A stretch of 64,000 bases of DNA from Neocallimastix sp. 'constans' (Eukaryota): NCBI GenBank assembly GCA_050613775.1, contig JBODTK010000115.1, positions 186,001 through 250,000 on the forward strand, given 5' to 3'. The position numbers were made by a program, and so were the translations under genes. The notes beneath the pieces are model-generated. The model saw only the letters and a program-made list of their open reading frames with translations. It was not told the origin of the DNA and searched no databases. Positions 50,425 through 64,000 of the stretch are shown here, piece after piece (within the stretch, counting starts at the first letter, position 1; each line of letters opens with the position of its first letter).

Positions 50425-51468
50425 GACATATTTCAAATAATAAAATATTTTTCTTTTATAAAATTTCTTTTATTATTAGTAATTTGATTTTATGTTGATA
50501 AAGTGATAAAACGCCTTCTTTCTTACTTTATAGTCTTTCCATAGGCTCATAAGTTGATTGTAGACAGAATCACGATTTATAAATGAAAATAAGAAATAAC
50601 TCTCACCTGTTTTTGTATCAATTTGAATGGCATTAGGAACTACTAATGCCGCATTTTTTTTTGAAATGGTTTTAACTTTTGAAATTGGTATTACAACCTA
50701 TTAATATATATATAAAAAGATATTAAATAACAAAGGGTTATTTGGAAAAAGATATTATTAAATTAAATCAAATCTAATTATAAATATTTATAAGTTTTTT
50801 TTTTTTTTTTTTGGTTCTTCAATTATTTTTAAAAAATCTTTTGAAATTTCAAATGATAATTATATTATTAAAACACCTACTTGATGAATAAAACCAACCA
50901 CATTACTGTAATAACAAAAATAATTTCTGGTAACATATAAAAATCCTTGTAATAATAATATATCTCTTTGAAGTGCACAGGAATATCCTTTTATTTAAAA
51001 AATAAAAAATAAAATAAAATAAAAAAACAATAAAATATATATATATACATTTCAAATAAAGAAATTATTTTATTAATTATTTTTTTAGTTTAAATTAAGA
51101 AAAACTATCTTTTTATTATTTTTTATAACTGAATTTTAATTATTCTAAAAATAAAAATTTAAAATTGCTTCATTTATATTTATTTATTTATTTATTTTTA
51201 TTTTATATCTATCTGTTTAATAAAACAAATTTCTTCTTTGATAAAAATTTCTATTTAAATATATATATTATTTTTATTATTATATATATATTTTTCTTTC
51301 TTTTTTTTTTTTTTTTTTTTTTTACTAACTTTCAATTACTATTTCATCTTTTGGTATACCCTTCTTACGAAATGCTTTATGAAAAGCTTTATATTTTGAA
51401 TCAACATGACTTTCGTCAATTTCTCCAACAGATGATAAACTAGAATTACTATTATAAACCTCCGTCAT
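49146..51468 (-). CDS. GRAM-domain protein with a C-terminal transmembrane helix (GRAMD2/3-like, no VASt domain seen)
   Basis: Four exons: FHKAFRKKGIPKDEIVIE / YSCALQRDILLLQGFLYVTRNYFCYYSN / VVIPISKVKTISKKNAALVVPNAIQI...YFLFSFINRDSVY / low-complexity linker, TM helix FLLSTIIIMILVMLLGV and a predicted coiled coil. Confidence 0.9.
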
Positions 51469-52109
51469 ATAGATAAAATTTATAAAAAAAAATATTGGAT
51501 AATGAATAGATTTACATAAAAATATTTTAAAGTGTGTGTATCCTTTTTTTTTTTTTTTTTTTTTTTTTACAGATAGAAAAATATATATACATATAATTAT
51601 TGATAATTTAATATTATTATTTTTATTTTATTTGTATTATTACATTATATGTAATGTTTCTAATGTATATATATAAAAGGTTTATTTTTTTTCTTAATGA
51701 ATATAAACTCTTTTATTATAGAAAGTTAAACATATGTTTTAATATTTTATAAAAATATAATAATATTAATAATATTAAATTTATATTAAATTTTAATGAA
51801 TCAATCAGTAATTCTTAATCCAACCCATTATAAATAAAATTGATAAAATTAATGATATTATTAATAATAAAAAAAGTAATAATAATTTATTATTAATATT
51901 AATTATTATTAATAAAATAATTATAATAATAATAATAAAGAAGCTTAATATTACTTTAATGATAAATATAAATTTTTTTTTCTTTTTTTTATTTTTTTAA
52001 AAATAGATTAACCATTAAAGTTTTATATAATCTATATATAAAAATATTATAGAAATTAATTATTTAAATATAATTTATAATAAGAAATATTTAAATATAA
52101 AATATTAAT

Positions 52110-52575
52110 TAAATATGAAATTGAAATATTTAAATATTTAAATATAAAAAAGAAATATGAAATATTTAAAAATTTAAATATAAAAAAGAAGATATGAAAT
52201 ATTTAAAAATTTAAATATAAAAAAGAAGATATGAAATATTTAAATATTTAAATATAAAAAAGAAGATATGAAATATTTAAATATTTAAATATAAAAAAAG
52301 AAGATATGAAATATTTAAATATTTAAATATAAAAAAGAAGATATGAAATATTTAAATATTTAAATATAAAAAAGAAGATATGAAGTATGAAATATTTAAA
52401 TATTTAAATATAAAAAAGAAGATATGAAGTATGAAATATTTAAATATTTAAATATAAAAAAGAAGATATGAAGTATGAAATATTTAGATAGTTAAATATA
52501 AAAAAGAAGATATGAAGTATGAAATATTTAGATAGTTAAATATAAAAAAGAAGATAATGTATGAAATATTTAACT
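52110..52575. repeat. Minisatellite, ~37-44-bp unit atatgaa(gtatgaa)atatttaaatatttaaatataaaaaagaag, ~11 copies
   Basis: Direct reading; no unique spacers. Confidence 0.92.
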
Positions 52576-53388
52576 ATTTAAATATATAAAAAAGAAGTTA
52601 TGAAATAGTTTGATTGAATATAAAATAAATGAAAATAACATTTTAAATACATTAAAATTAATAATTAAATTGAGAAAAGTATAAAAAATATAAAAAATAT
52701 GAAAATTAAATATATTAAATATTAAATAATTTAAGAATAAATTTAAAATCAATTTTTATTTTTTAATTTTTTTTATTTTTTAAATTTTTTTTTCTTGATG
52801 TTTTTTTAAATCTACAAAAAATTAAAAAATTAAAAAATAAAAAAAAAATATTAATGGTTAAACTTTAATTAATATTAAATTTAAAATTAAAAATTATACT
52901 AAATTAAAAAAAAAAAAAATAAAAAAAAAAAAATAATAAATTGAAATAAAATACAAAAAAATAAGATTTATTAAAATTTATTATTTATTTAAAGAAAATA
53001 TATATATATATATAATATTTTTAATTATATTTGTTCCAAATGTGATTAATGAAATCAATGATTTAGTGAAAAATCACAAATTTTTTATATTTAAAGTTTT
53101 AATATTTTATATATTTTATTTTATTATTTTTTCTTTTTAATATATTGTTTTGTATTTTTCATTTTCAAAAAAAAAAAAAAAAAAAAAAAAACTTTTTTTT
53201 TTTGATTTAAAATTTAGTTTATTTTAAAATGAAAATTTCAGAATATAAAGCTAAAGACTTTAATGGGTTGGTGTTGAACTTTAAAAAATTATGAATTTCT
53301 CTTCACTTTCCCTTCATTTAATATTATAAATAAAATATGTATTTAATGTTTTAAGAGATTCCCGTAAATAATAATAAAGTTTTTCCAA

Positions 53389-54372
53389 TTTTTGACCCCG
53401 ATGATTAGTACTCGGGACTCTGAACTAATACCCATAGGGTTTCTGGATGGAGCTCCTGAATTTATATAGGATGATTTTCATCCTCCCAGGATGTTTTTCC
53501 TTATTAATGAAATTGAATGTTTGCTCCTCATGGTAAGTATTCCTGTTTCTAGACTATATAATTGCTAGTAGTGCAGAGAGCACTTGATCTCTGAGAGGGT
53601 TTAAGTGTGGTTGTTCCTCCCTTGTTGATGGTTCAAGAGAAATGATCATTGAAAAGAAACTTTTTGCAATCATGAAGAATGTATCAGTCTCTATATTTCT
53701 ATTAGAGAAATTTATCAAATTTAAAGGTAATTCATATATGTAGCTTTTCTTGATTTGAACAAAAATGCCTACGACTCTGTTTCCATTTTTCAACATTCTT
53801 ACAAAAATCTTTCACCTTGGTATCCGTGGCAAATGCTTTGATTTCATTTCTAAACTCTATCTTTCTTCTAAAGCAAGAGCTCATTACCTTGATATATTAT
53901 CAAATGAATTTCCTATTCAACATGGTGTTAGACAAGGTTGCCTGTTATCACTAATTTTGTTTAATTTATTTCATTAATGATATTTTAAACAATTGTGATA
54001 AATATGGTAGTAGTATTGGTAATAAAAAAATTTTGTGGTGGTCTTTTTTGCTAACGGTATTGTTCTTATAGTGAAAGAAAAATGAAGGCTCTACTTCGTT
54101 ATGGTTTTTGTTGGGCTAATAAAAAAATGAAATTTCTTTTTGGTATCAATAAATGCCCTACAATGGTAATTAAAAAAAAAAAAAAACTTTAATTAAAACA
54201 GAAATAAAAATGAAATGAAATTGGTAAATTAAATTTCCAAACTCCTACAAGACCGACGATTAATATTAATATTCTATATGAACTATCATTTTCCCTATAT
54301 CAAAGGAAGTACTGATAGTAATACTCCCCTCAGAGACACCATATCATGTGGTATGCTTCCCATGGGACTAAA
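53389..54372 (+). mobile_element. Degraded non-LTR (LINE) retrotransposon, reverse transcriptase fragment with a GC-richer leader
   Basis: NHEECISLYISIREI, YVAFLDL..AYDSV (~53737-53780), LGIRGK, GVRQGCLLSLILFNLF (53924-53970), degenerate LFANGIVL (YADD-like) and GINKC. Frameshifted. Confidence 0.88.
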
Positions 54373-54704
54373 ATTATTAAAAATCATATATATATATATA
54401 TATAAATGAATCAATTAATATATATATATATTATTTGATTTATTTATTTTCTTTTTATTTATTATTTTTTTATTATTACACTAATTAAAAAGATTCATTA
54501 ATGAATCAATCAATCAATAATTATTATTATTATTATTATTAAATTAATAAAAAATTAAACAAAAAATAAAAATTATTATTATTATTATTATTATAATTTA
54601 TTATATGTTTTATTTATTTATTTATTTATTTATTTATTATTTTTTTTTTTAGAAATAAATATATTTTCTAAATTCCAATTATACATTAATGTATTATCGT
54701 TATG

Positions 54705-54739
<35 letters not shown>

Positions 54740-55021
54740 AGTAATAAATATTTATTATAATAAAAAAAATTAAAAACTAAAAAATAATAATAATAAAATA
54801 AAGATAAAAGTTATCATCATTTTTATTATTATTATTTTTTTTTTCTTTCATTCTTTATTATATTTAAAAATAAAAAAAAAAAAAAATTTTTTATTGTAAA
54901 ATTATATATATAATTATAAATAAATAGAAAAGGAATTTGAATAGTTTTTATTATTATTATTTATTTTTATTATTTATTAATTTTTTTTTTTTTTTTAATT
55001 TTTTTTTTTTATTATTGATAT

Positions 55022-55440
55022 TTATTCCTTCTTTTTGTTCTTGAGTTGTTGTTGTTGTTGAGCTTTTGATGAAAAAACGGAATATAATAAAATACCGACG
55101 ACAACAACAACACAAGAAGCTACCTTTGGACGTGTGAAACATTGACTAACGTCATCACGACAGTAGAGAGCAGAACTAAGGAAAAAGACGGATACAGCAC
55201 GAATAGAGTTAATAACACCTGATTTAAGTTATAAAAAAACAAAAAATAAAAATATATATATATGGATATTTATATATAGTTATAGATTATATATTTATTT
55301 CAATGTTAATATTGATGTTCCATCATAAAAGAAGAAAAAAAATATTTCATTAAAATGATTAAAAAAAAAAAAAAAAAAGTTAATAAAAATTATATATATA
55401 TATATTTAATATTTAATAGAATTTTATAATGCTTTATTTA

Positions 55441-55492
<52 letters not shown>

Positions 55493-56150
55493 CTTAATTT
55501 TAATATATATATTTATTTATATTGAATTATTATCATTTTATCTAAATATAATAATATCTTTAGATTTAATAAATAAAAAATAAAAATAGAAATAAAAATA
55601 AATTATAAATAGAATTACCAGTAGTGACGGCACCACTCTTTCCTAATAAAACAAAGTAAGTGTAAGAGTGAAGGAAATGAGATAAGACTAAAGAAACCTG
55701 TTGATTTTAAATAATTTTTTTTTTTTTTTTTTTTAAAAAAAGAAAAAGATATAGATTTACATTATAATTTAATAATAATAATAAAATATTTGTTATTTGT
55801 TTTATCTATATTTAATAATACTACTAATAATATATATTTATATATATATTTTTTTTTATTATTTTTTTTTTCTATTATTGTATATATATTTTAACTTACG
55901 TAAGCTAAGATAATATTGATCATTGGTGAATTTGGATATAATGGAGCATTCATCATTGATTTTCTCATATCTAATTTTGGGAAAACGAAGAATAAAATGT
56001 AAACGAAAGTAATAGAAGCAGAGCAGGTACCAACCCAAACACTGTGTTGAGTGGCAGTTGGACCATCTTCATGTTTAAGAATTCTTTCATTTAATACATA
56101 GATAATAGCATCTATTTTTTTTATAATTCAAAAGCAATTATTATATATAA

Positions 56151-56181
<31 letters not shown>

Positions 56182-56567
56182 AAAGGTATAAATATTAGAT
56201 TATTTTAATTTTAACCATTGATTAAAAATATATTAATATATATATTTTAATTTTAAAAATGACAAGAAAATTTATTATAATTATAATATATATAAATATT
56301 TTATAGTAACAAAATGAAAAAAAAAAAAATACTTACAACAAATGGTACCAAAGATAGTAATGGCAATACCAATGGTTCCCATAACACCAGTAGCATTACT
56401 TCTACCACCAATGGCACTTAAAGATAAACCAGAGGTAATGACCTATTTATCAAAAATTACAAAAAAAAATATATATATATATATTATGTTTATAATCAAT
56501 TAAATGATTCATTATAATATTTTATTTTTATAGATTAATCACTATTTAACTTATAACTTTATAATAT

Positions 56568-56610
<43 letters not shown>

Positions 56611-57618
56611 AAAAAGAAATTTAATTTTATTACAATTAAAGAGAACCATTGTTGAATAGTGAATTTTTTATTTAAGAAAATACGAGATAAGATAGCTGTG
56701 AAAACGACAATAGCAGAGTGAATAACTTGATAAATACCAGAACCAATTAGGAACATACCGAAAGTGGAAATGACATTGGCGAAGATATCAATTAAAGAAA
56801 TCTATTTTTTTTTTTTTTAAAAAAAAAAAAAAAGATAATAGATAATTATTATTAATAAAATTTTATGTCTTTTAAATTTTGATAATAAATTAAATAAAAT
56901 GAGAAAAAAAAATTAAGAAAAAAAAAAAAAAATAATAGCAATAAAATTTTTTTCTTGTTATTTAAATAATAATAATTAAACTCGATATATAATACAATTA
57001 ATTATAATAATATAATTTATTAATATTTAATAATCCTTATATTAATAATTATTATAATATTGCAATAATTTTTAATTTATAGTATTTTAATAAAATATAT
57101 TTAATATAAAAGAGAAAAAAATTTTTTTTACAATAATGATATTCTTTTTAATATGAGCTGGCTTAGCAAAAAATGAGACTTTAGCTTTCTTACTATTATC
57201 ATTAACTGGAATGAAGACAGAGAGTGTCATAGCGAAATATTGAGCTAAAACAGTTAAATAAGTTTTCTTTTCTAGATATTCGTCCATGAAATAAAATTTT
57301 AATATAAAATAAATAAATATATATAAAATATATATGCATATATTAATATTATTATAAAACAAAAGCAAGTTTATTTCGTTATTAAATAATATACCTGCAG
57401 CTCCAGCATAAAATAAGTATTGCTAATTTTAATAATTAATGATAATTATTAAGGAAAAAGTTTAAATGTGAATAAAACATATTATAATATATTTTCTAAA
57501 TATTTTAAAACATTTCAATATATATAAGACTTATTATATTGTTGGTTACCGTTATCATAGTTGATAAGCAACCGGTAGCTAAATAAATGAATTGATAAAC
57601 TAAAGTTTTAAATTCCAT
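55022..57618 (-). CDS. Drug/metabolite-superfamily transporter (SLC35F/nucleotide-sugar-transporter-like)
   Basis: About eight exons from MEFKTLVYQFIYLATGC to ...KNKKKE*. Motifs IGSGIYQVIHSAIVVFTAILSRIFLNKKFTIQQW and SGAVTTGVINSIRAVSVF; about 10 hydrophobic segments. Confidence 0.88.
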
Positions 57619-57837
57619 GTTTCCTTTTTTATTTATTTGATACTTTAATTATTATTTAATTTTTGAATGGAAATTTATTTATTTATTTTTATTTTTTTAT
57701 GAAATAATATAATCGAAATTATTATTGTTTATAAATAAGTTATTAAAGATAATAAGTATTATCATAATAATAATATTAATAATAAATAGGAATAAAGGGA
57801 AAAAATAAGAAAGTTAGTAAATTAATCAATCTCTTTT

Positions 57838-57871
<34 letters not shown>

Positions 57872-58959
57872 AGAATTAATGTATATTATTATTTATTTAT
57901 TTATTTATCATTTACCTTTATTATTGTTTGTTATTATTACTATTATATATATAATTTTATTTCAATATTACGACTTTTATTTTAATTTTATGTTGTAATA
58001 TTGATTATTATTAATATATAATTGGATTTATTATGATAGTTTTTTTATTGTTTCTTTTTACTGTCATTGCATTTTATGAATAATATATAAACAAAAACAA
58101 AACAAAAAAAGTTAATTCCTATTAATAATAACTATAATTTATTTATATCTATTATAAATATTATATAGCATAAACGTAATTACTTCTTTAATTATTAAAA
58201 TTTTATTTTATTTTATTTTTTTTAATAAAAATAAAAAAAGCAAAAAAAAAAAATTGAAAATTAGAAAAAAAAAACACTCTTTATAAAGGTCTCCTTTTTT
58301 TAAAAATAAAAAAAAAAAAAAAAACAATTTAATTATCTTTAAAAAAGTTATATAGATTAATATACCATATTTATATATATTATATATATCATTTATATAT
58401 ATTATATTGTATTTTATATAATAAAATATAATAAAATAAAATATAATAAAATATAATTTTAAACTTTTTTTTTATAATATATAATCTATATATACAAATA
58501 TATAATAAAATTAATTATACAATTTATTATTAATATATATTGTCTATTTCATTTTTTATTTTTATTTTTATTTATATTTTATAAAAATATATTTCATAAA
58601 TAAATTAAAAATCAATTATGAAACTTTCTATAAAAGTTAAATAACGTTTTTTTTTTTTATTTTTATGGTAGGACAAACTTTAAATTAAAAGTAAAATTAT
58701 GTAATGTACAACATTTATTAATAGATCATGTTTATGTCGTGGCGTGTTATCCTTTTTAATTGATTTATGTTTGTTCAAAAAAGGAAATATAATAAATCAA
58801 TTTTGAAAAAAGGGAAGCCAATAAAATTATTCCAAGATATATAATTTATTTTTTCATTTCAAGTTTCAGATGATATTCACAACATTATTACATTATTATA
58901 TTATAAAAGATCATATATTTATGTAATTCTTTATATAAATGAATTATTTAAATATATAA

Positions 58960-59350
58960 AATAATTAAATAATAAATAATAAATAAATAATTGAATAATA
59001 AATAATAAATAAATAATTAATAATAAATAATAAATAATAAATAATAAATAATAAATAATAAATAATAAATAATAAATAATAAATAATAAATAATAAATAA
59101 TTAAATAATAAATAATAAATAATAAATAATAAATAATAAATAATAAATAATAAATAATAAATAATAAATAATAAATAATAAATAATAAATAATAAATAAT
59201 AAATAATAAATAATAAATAATTAATAAATAATAAATAATAAATAATAAATAATAAATAATAAATAATAAATAATAAATAATTAATAATAAATAATAAATA
59301 ATAAATAATAAATAATAAATAATAAATAATAAATAATAAACAATAAATAA

Positions 59351-59385
<35 letters not shown>

Positions 59386-59390
59386 ATAGA

Positions 59391-59431
<41 letters not shown>

Positions 59432-59618
59432 GAATAATAAATAATTAAATAATAAGATAATTGAATAATAAATAATAAATAATAAATAATAAATAATAAA
59501 TAATAAATAATAAATAATAAATAATAAACAATAAATAATAAATAAATAAATAATTAATTGAATAAGTAATAAATAAATAATTGAATAATAGATAATTGAA
59601 TAATAAATAATTGAATAA

Positions 59619-59668
<50 letters not shown>

Positions 59669-60225
59669 GAATAATAAGTAATAAATAATAAATAATAAAT
59701 AATAAATAATAAATAATAAATAATAAATAATAAATAATAAATAATAAATAATAAATAATAAATAATAAACAATAAATAATAAATAAATAAATAATTAATT
59801 GAATAAGTAATAAATAAATAATTGAATAATAGATAATTGAATAATAAATAATTGAATAATTAAATAATTAAATAAATAAATAAATAAATAATTGAATAAT
59901 TAAATAATAAATAATAAATAATATATAATAAATAATAAATAATTAATAATAAATAATAAATAATAAATAATAAATAATAAATAATAAATAATAAATAAAT
60001 AATTAATTAATTGAATAAGTAATAAATAAATAATTGAATAATAGATAATTGAATAATAAATAATTGAATAATTAAATAATTAAATAATTAAATAATTAAA
60101 TAAATAAATAAATAATTGAATAATAAATAATTAAATAATAAATAATAAATAATAAATAATAAATAATAAATAATAAATAATAAATAATAAATAATAAATA
60201 ATAAATAATAATTGAATATTAAATA
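58960..60225. repeat. ~1.25-kb (TAATAAA)n satellite with higher-order internal duplications; a smaller related array lies at 60900-61060
   Basis: Direct reading; the block aattaattgaataagtaataaataaataattgaataatagataattg recurs at ~59552, ~59793 and ~60005. Confidence 0.93.
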
Positions 60226-61585
60226 ATTAAAATATTTAATATATAAAATAAAAAAAATTAAAAAAAGTTAAGCAGTTTTTTTTTTTTATACTTTGTTTTG
60301 AAAATTTCATTTATATATATTAAAAATCACTTTTCATTTTTTCATTTTTTCTGTTTTTTTTTTTACTCTTTTTCTTTTTCTGTTCTATTTGTTCAGTTGT
60401 AATGAACATTTAAAATAAAGCTTTAATTATAATTGTTATTGACTTTAAAAGACATTTAAAAGATAGCCTTAATAATTATGAAATATATATTGTACATTAC
60501 AAGATCTGCTATTATAATTAATAAAATAATTTAAGGAAAACTCTTTCATTATTATTGTTTTAACTCTTTCATTATTATTATTATTATTATAAAATATTTA
60601 AAACACAAGAAGTTTTATTATCCATTTTTTTTAAAAAATTTAATTTCAAATATAAAATTATTTTTATAAAAATATATAAATATAAATATATATAATATAA
60701 ATATATATAAATATTAATATATTAAGTATATTTTAATAAATATAAAAACTAAAAATTTATAAATATAAAAACTAAAAATAAAATAAAAAATCATAAAAAA
60801 ATTTAGAAAATTTATTACAAATTTAAACCAATCAAATGCAGATATAAGATGAAATGTAAACTTTTCGAATTGTAGTTAAATACTGATTTAAAAAAAAAAA
60901 TTTAAATAATAAATAATCAATAATAAATAATTAAATAATTAAATAATTAAATAATAAATAAATAAATAAATAAATAATAAATAATTAAATAATAAATAAA
61001 TAAATAAATAATAAATAATTAAATAATAAATAATTAAATAAATGAATAATTAAATAGTAAATAATTTTTATAATTATATCTATATTATATTATATATATA
61101 TTTTTACTATTGAATATCAAAAATTAAAGTTAATACATACATGTTTATGATTAATTATTAATTAATTATAAAAAAACAGTATTATTTAATTTATTTAAAG
61201 GAATTATAGATATAATAATTAAATATATAATGAAAGTAAATTAAAAAAAAAGAATATACAATTAAAGATTTTTATAAATTATTTAATAGGAAATATATAG
61301 ATAATTATTTATTTTTTCTAAATATTATACTGATAAAGGAAAAAGAAATATTATTTAGACTTTTACTAATATTTTTTTTATATGATAAATTATTATTTAC
61401 ATATATTCAAATATTATATACATTTTATATTTAATATTATAAAGGAATATTATAAAAATAATTAATTTACATAAAATATTTCTTTATTTAATGATTTGTT
61501 ACAATTAATAATAATAAAAGAAAAATATATATATACCAATAAAACAGGATAAATAAATTAAATTTATTTTATTAATTTCAATTTC

Positions 61586-61814
61586 ATGCAAAATTTATTA
61601 TTTCCGGATTATACATTTCCTGATTCATCAGAATTTCCGTTCTCTGTTGATTATGGAAAATATGGAAATGTTATTTATGATGATATATTATTAGGAGAAG
61701 ATTACTATCACTTTTCTCTAAATGCAGACCTAAAAATTAATAAAGGTTTTTATTTTTTAAAATATACATATATATATATATTTAAAATCATTTACAGAAA
61801 ACAGATTTCATTTT

Positions 61815-61853
<39 letters not shown>

Positions 61854-63114
61854 TTTATTATTTTCAAATTGAACGATATTTAAAATTTAAAAAATATATA
61901 TATATATATATTAATTTTTTATTTATTTATATAATATTTTTAATAAGAAATAAAATATAAAAATAAAATAGAAAATATAAAAGCACCTGAAAAAATATAT
62001 ATACCTACCATAAAACGTTTCTCAAAAGATACAACTAACAATAAAGCATTTCAGGTATTTATCATTATTAAATAAAATTGATAATAATAATGATAATTTT
62101 GCATTGCTTCTTATTTACCGATAAATATATATATATATTCATATACTATTAAAAGGGAAAATATTTTAAAAATAATAACTATGGAAATATTTCTGTATCA
62201 AATAGAATAATTGAAGAAAGCTTATATTATCAAGGTCAAGATGTTTTAGAAGGCAACATTTTTCAACATTTTTCAATAAATAAAAATAAAAATAAAAAAC
62301 AAGAATATATCATATTTCCTTCAGATGAATTATCAACAAATTTATGTAAATTTCTGTTGAATTATAACATATATATATATTTTTCTTCTTCTTTAAAACC
62401 ATAATAGCAATTCATATATCTAAATAATTAATATATTATTATTTTTTATTTTATATATGTTTATAATATATTATTATTATTTATTTTATATATGTTTATA
62501 ATAAATAATAATAATAAAAAAAATATTATTAAATAAAATAAATTAAAATTAAAATAAATTAAATTAAAAAAAAATAAAAATAAAAATAAAAATAGCTATT
62601 ATACCAATTTCAGGAAAATATATAAATTTATTAAGAACTAAATTAAATTTACAAAATACTTCCACCGTTCCCTTTTCAAATACAATAAAACAAATTACAA
62701 AACCTTTTGTAATAAACGATAATGAATTATTATTTTCAGTAAGACATTCATATGATGTTAGTTTTATAAAGTTAAATAAAATAAAATATGACGATAAATT
62801 GAAAGAAAAAGTTAATGAAGATGAATATATAGAAGATGTATCTGATACAGAAGATGAAGAAGAAGAAGATAAAGATACTAGTAAAAAATGGAAAAAACAT
62901 AAATTAAAACCTACATTTAAATATCAAAAGGTTAAAATTTTAAAAAATACTTGCTATAATCGTCATATATCGCAAAATTCTTATATATCTCATGAATATT
63001 TAATTTTAGATAATAATAATACTATAAAATTATATAATTTAGCAGCAAATAAGTAAGTAATTTGAAAATAAATGTAATATCTTAACAATAAATTTATATC
63101 AAATATATTATTAT

Positions 63115-63148
<34 letters not shown>

Positions 63149-63614
63149 CATTTTAAAACTAAATACATCATAATTAACTATTATTATTATTATTATTATT
63201 ATTGTGATTATTATTATAATTATTATTAAAAATTATTAATTGTTATTATAATTATTATTATATTTATGAATATTATTACTGCAATATATATATATTAAAC
63301 AATAATATAATAGATTACAAACTATCCGTTCAGCAAATAATAATCATTTCCATTTATTTAATCGTTGTGACTATCTAAATCATCCAAAACTTTTTTCATA
63401 TATTAATACAAAACATTTAAGTTTATTAGATATAAGAGTAAATGATTTCAAAATATTCTATTATGATTATAATTATTTTTATTTATAATTTAATAATAAT
63501 ATATCTTATTATATTTAATTTTTATCATTATTTAAATAAATAAGATCTATTAACTTATTATTATTATTATTATTATTATTAATACTTGAATGAATTCTAT
63601 ACATATTTTTTCTT

Positions 63615-63652
<38 letters not shown>

Positions 63653-63927
63653 TATATATATATGTTAAATACTTATATTTTAATTATAAAGGATAAAACA
63701 AAAATAAAAAATATTTATTCATTAGATGAAGAACAATTTACAGCATATTCACCACACCCAATATTATTAAATCAAATCTTTGCTTCAACTAAAAAACATT
63801 TAATGCTATTTGATATTCGATATTCTAATAAAGCATTGTTAAGATGGGATCATCATCAAGAATATTATTCTCCAACAGAAATTAGTATTATACCAGTCAG
63901 TCAAATTAATCATAATTTTTCATCAGG
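61586..63927 (+). CDS. RNA polymerase I core-factor subunit Rrn6/TAF1C-like beta-propeller protein; continues beyond the window
   Basis: Exons encode LFSVRHSYDVSF, HISQNSYISHEYLILDNNNTIKLYNL, CDYLNHPKLFSYINTKHLSLLDIR and TKKHLMLFDIRYSNKALLRWDHH, in the order typical of TAF1C/Rrn6. Confidence 0.72.
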
Positions 63928-64000
63928 TGAATAAAAAAGAATTTTAATTATCGTAGCATAATAATTTTCATTAATTTTATTTTAATCACACTTTTTAATA

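Noticed and set aside
51538..51547. U12-type donor-like GTATCCTTTT
   Set aside because: On the strand opposite the nearby gene, with no associated exon or branch site.
52110..52575. CRISPR-like regular ~40-bp repeats
   Set aside because: Units are contiguous with no unique spacers, there are no cas genes, and the context is eukaryotic.

Overview
Extremely AT-rich, intron-dense eukaryotic DNA. Base composition, intron style and the ankyrin family point to an anaerobic gut fungus (Neocallimastigomycota); this is inference. Eight apparently intact multi-exon genes can be reconstructed. (1) A PWI/RS-domain SRRM1-like splicing factor, 5' end off-window. (2) A many-exon TmcB/TmcC-like membrane protein. 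(3) Ataxin-10. (4) A ~1,800-aa T-box transcription factor, 6 exons with consistent phases. (5) A ~1,460-aa protein built around a fragmented SUKH (SMI1/KNR4)-like domain of bacterial immunity-protein type. (6) A GRAM-domain membrane protein. (7) An SLC35/DMT-type transporter. (8) An Rrn6/TAF1C-like protein running off the end. Between them lie an ankyrin pseudogene, two collapsed tandem paralog relics, Ty3/gypsy, copia and LINE remnants, two MITE/foldback-like elements, two candidate structured RNAs and many (TAATAAA)n arrays. The most interesting items are the SUKH-like protein and the divergent fungal T-box gene. All family calls come from recalled motifs and no search was run. No CRISPR array, tRNA or rRNA was seen.
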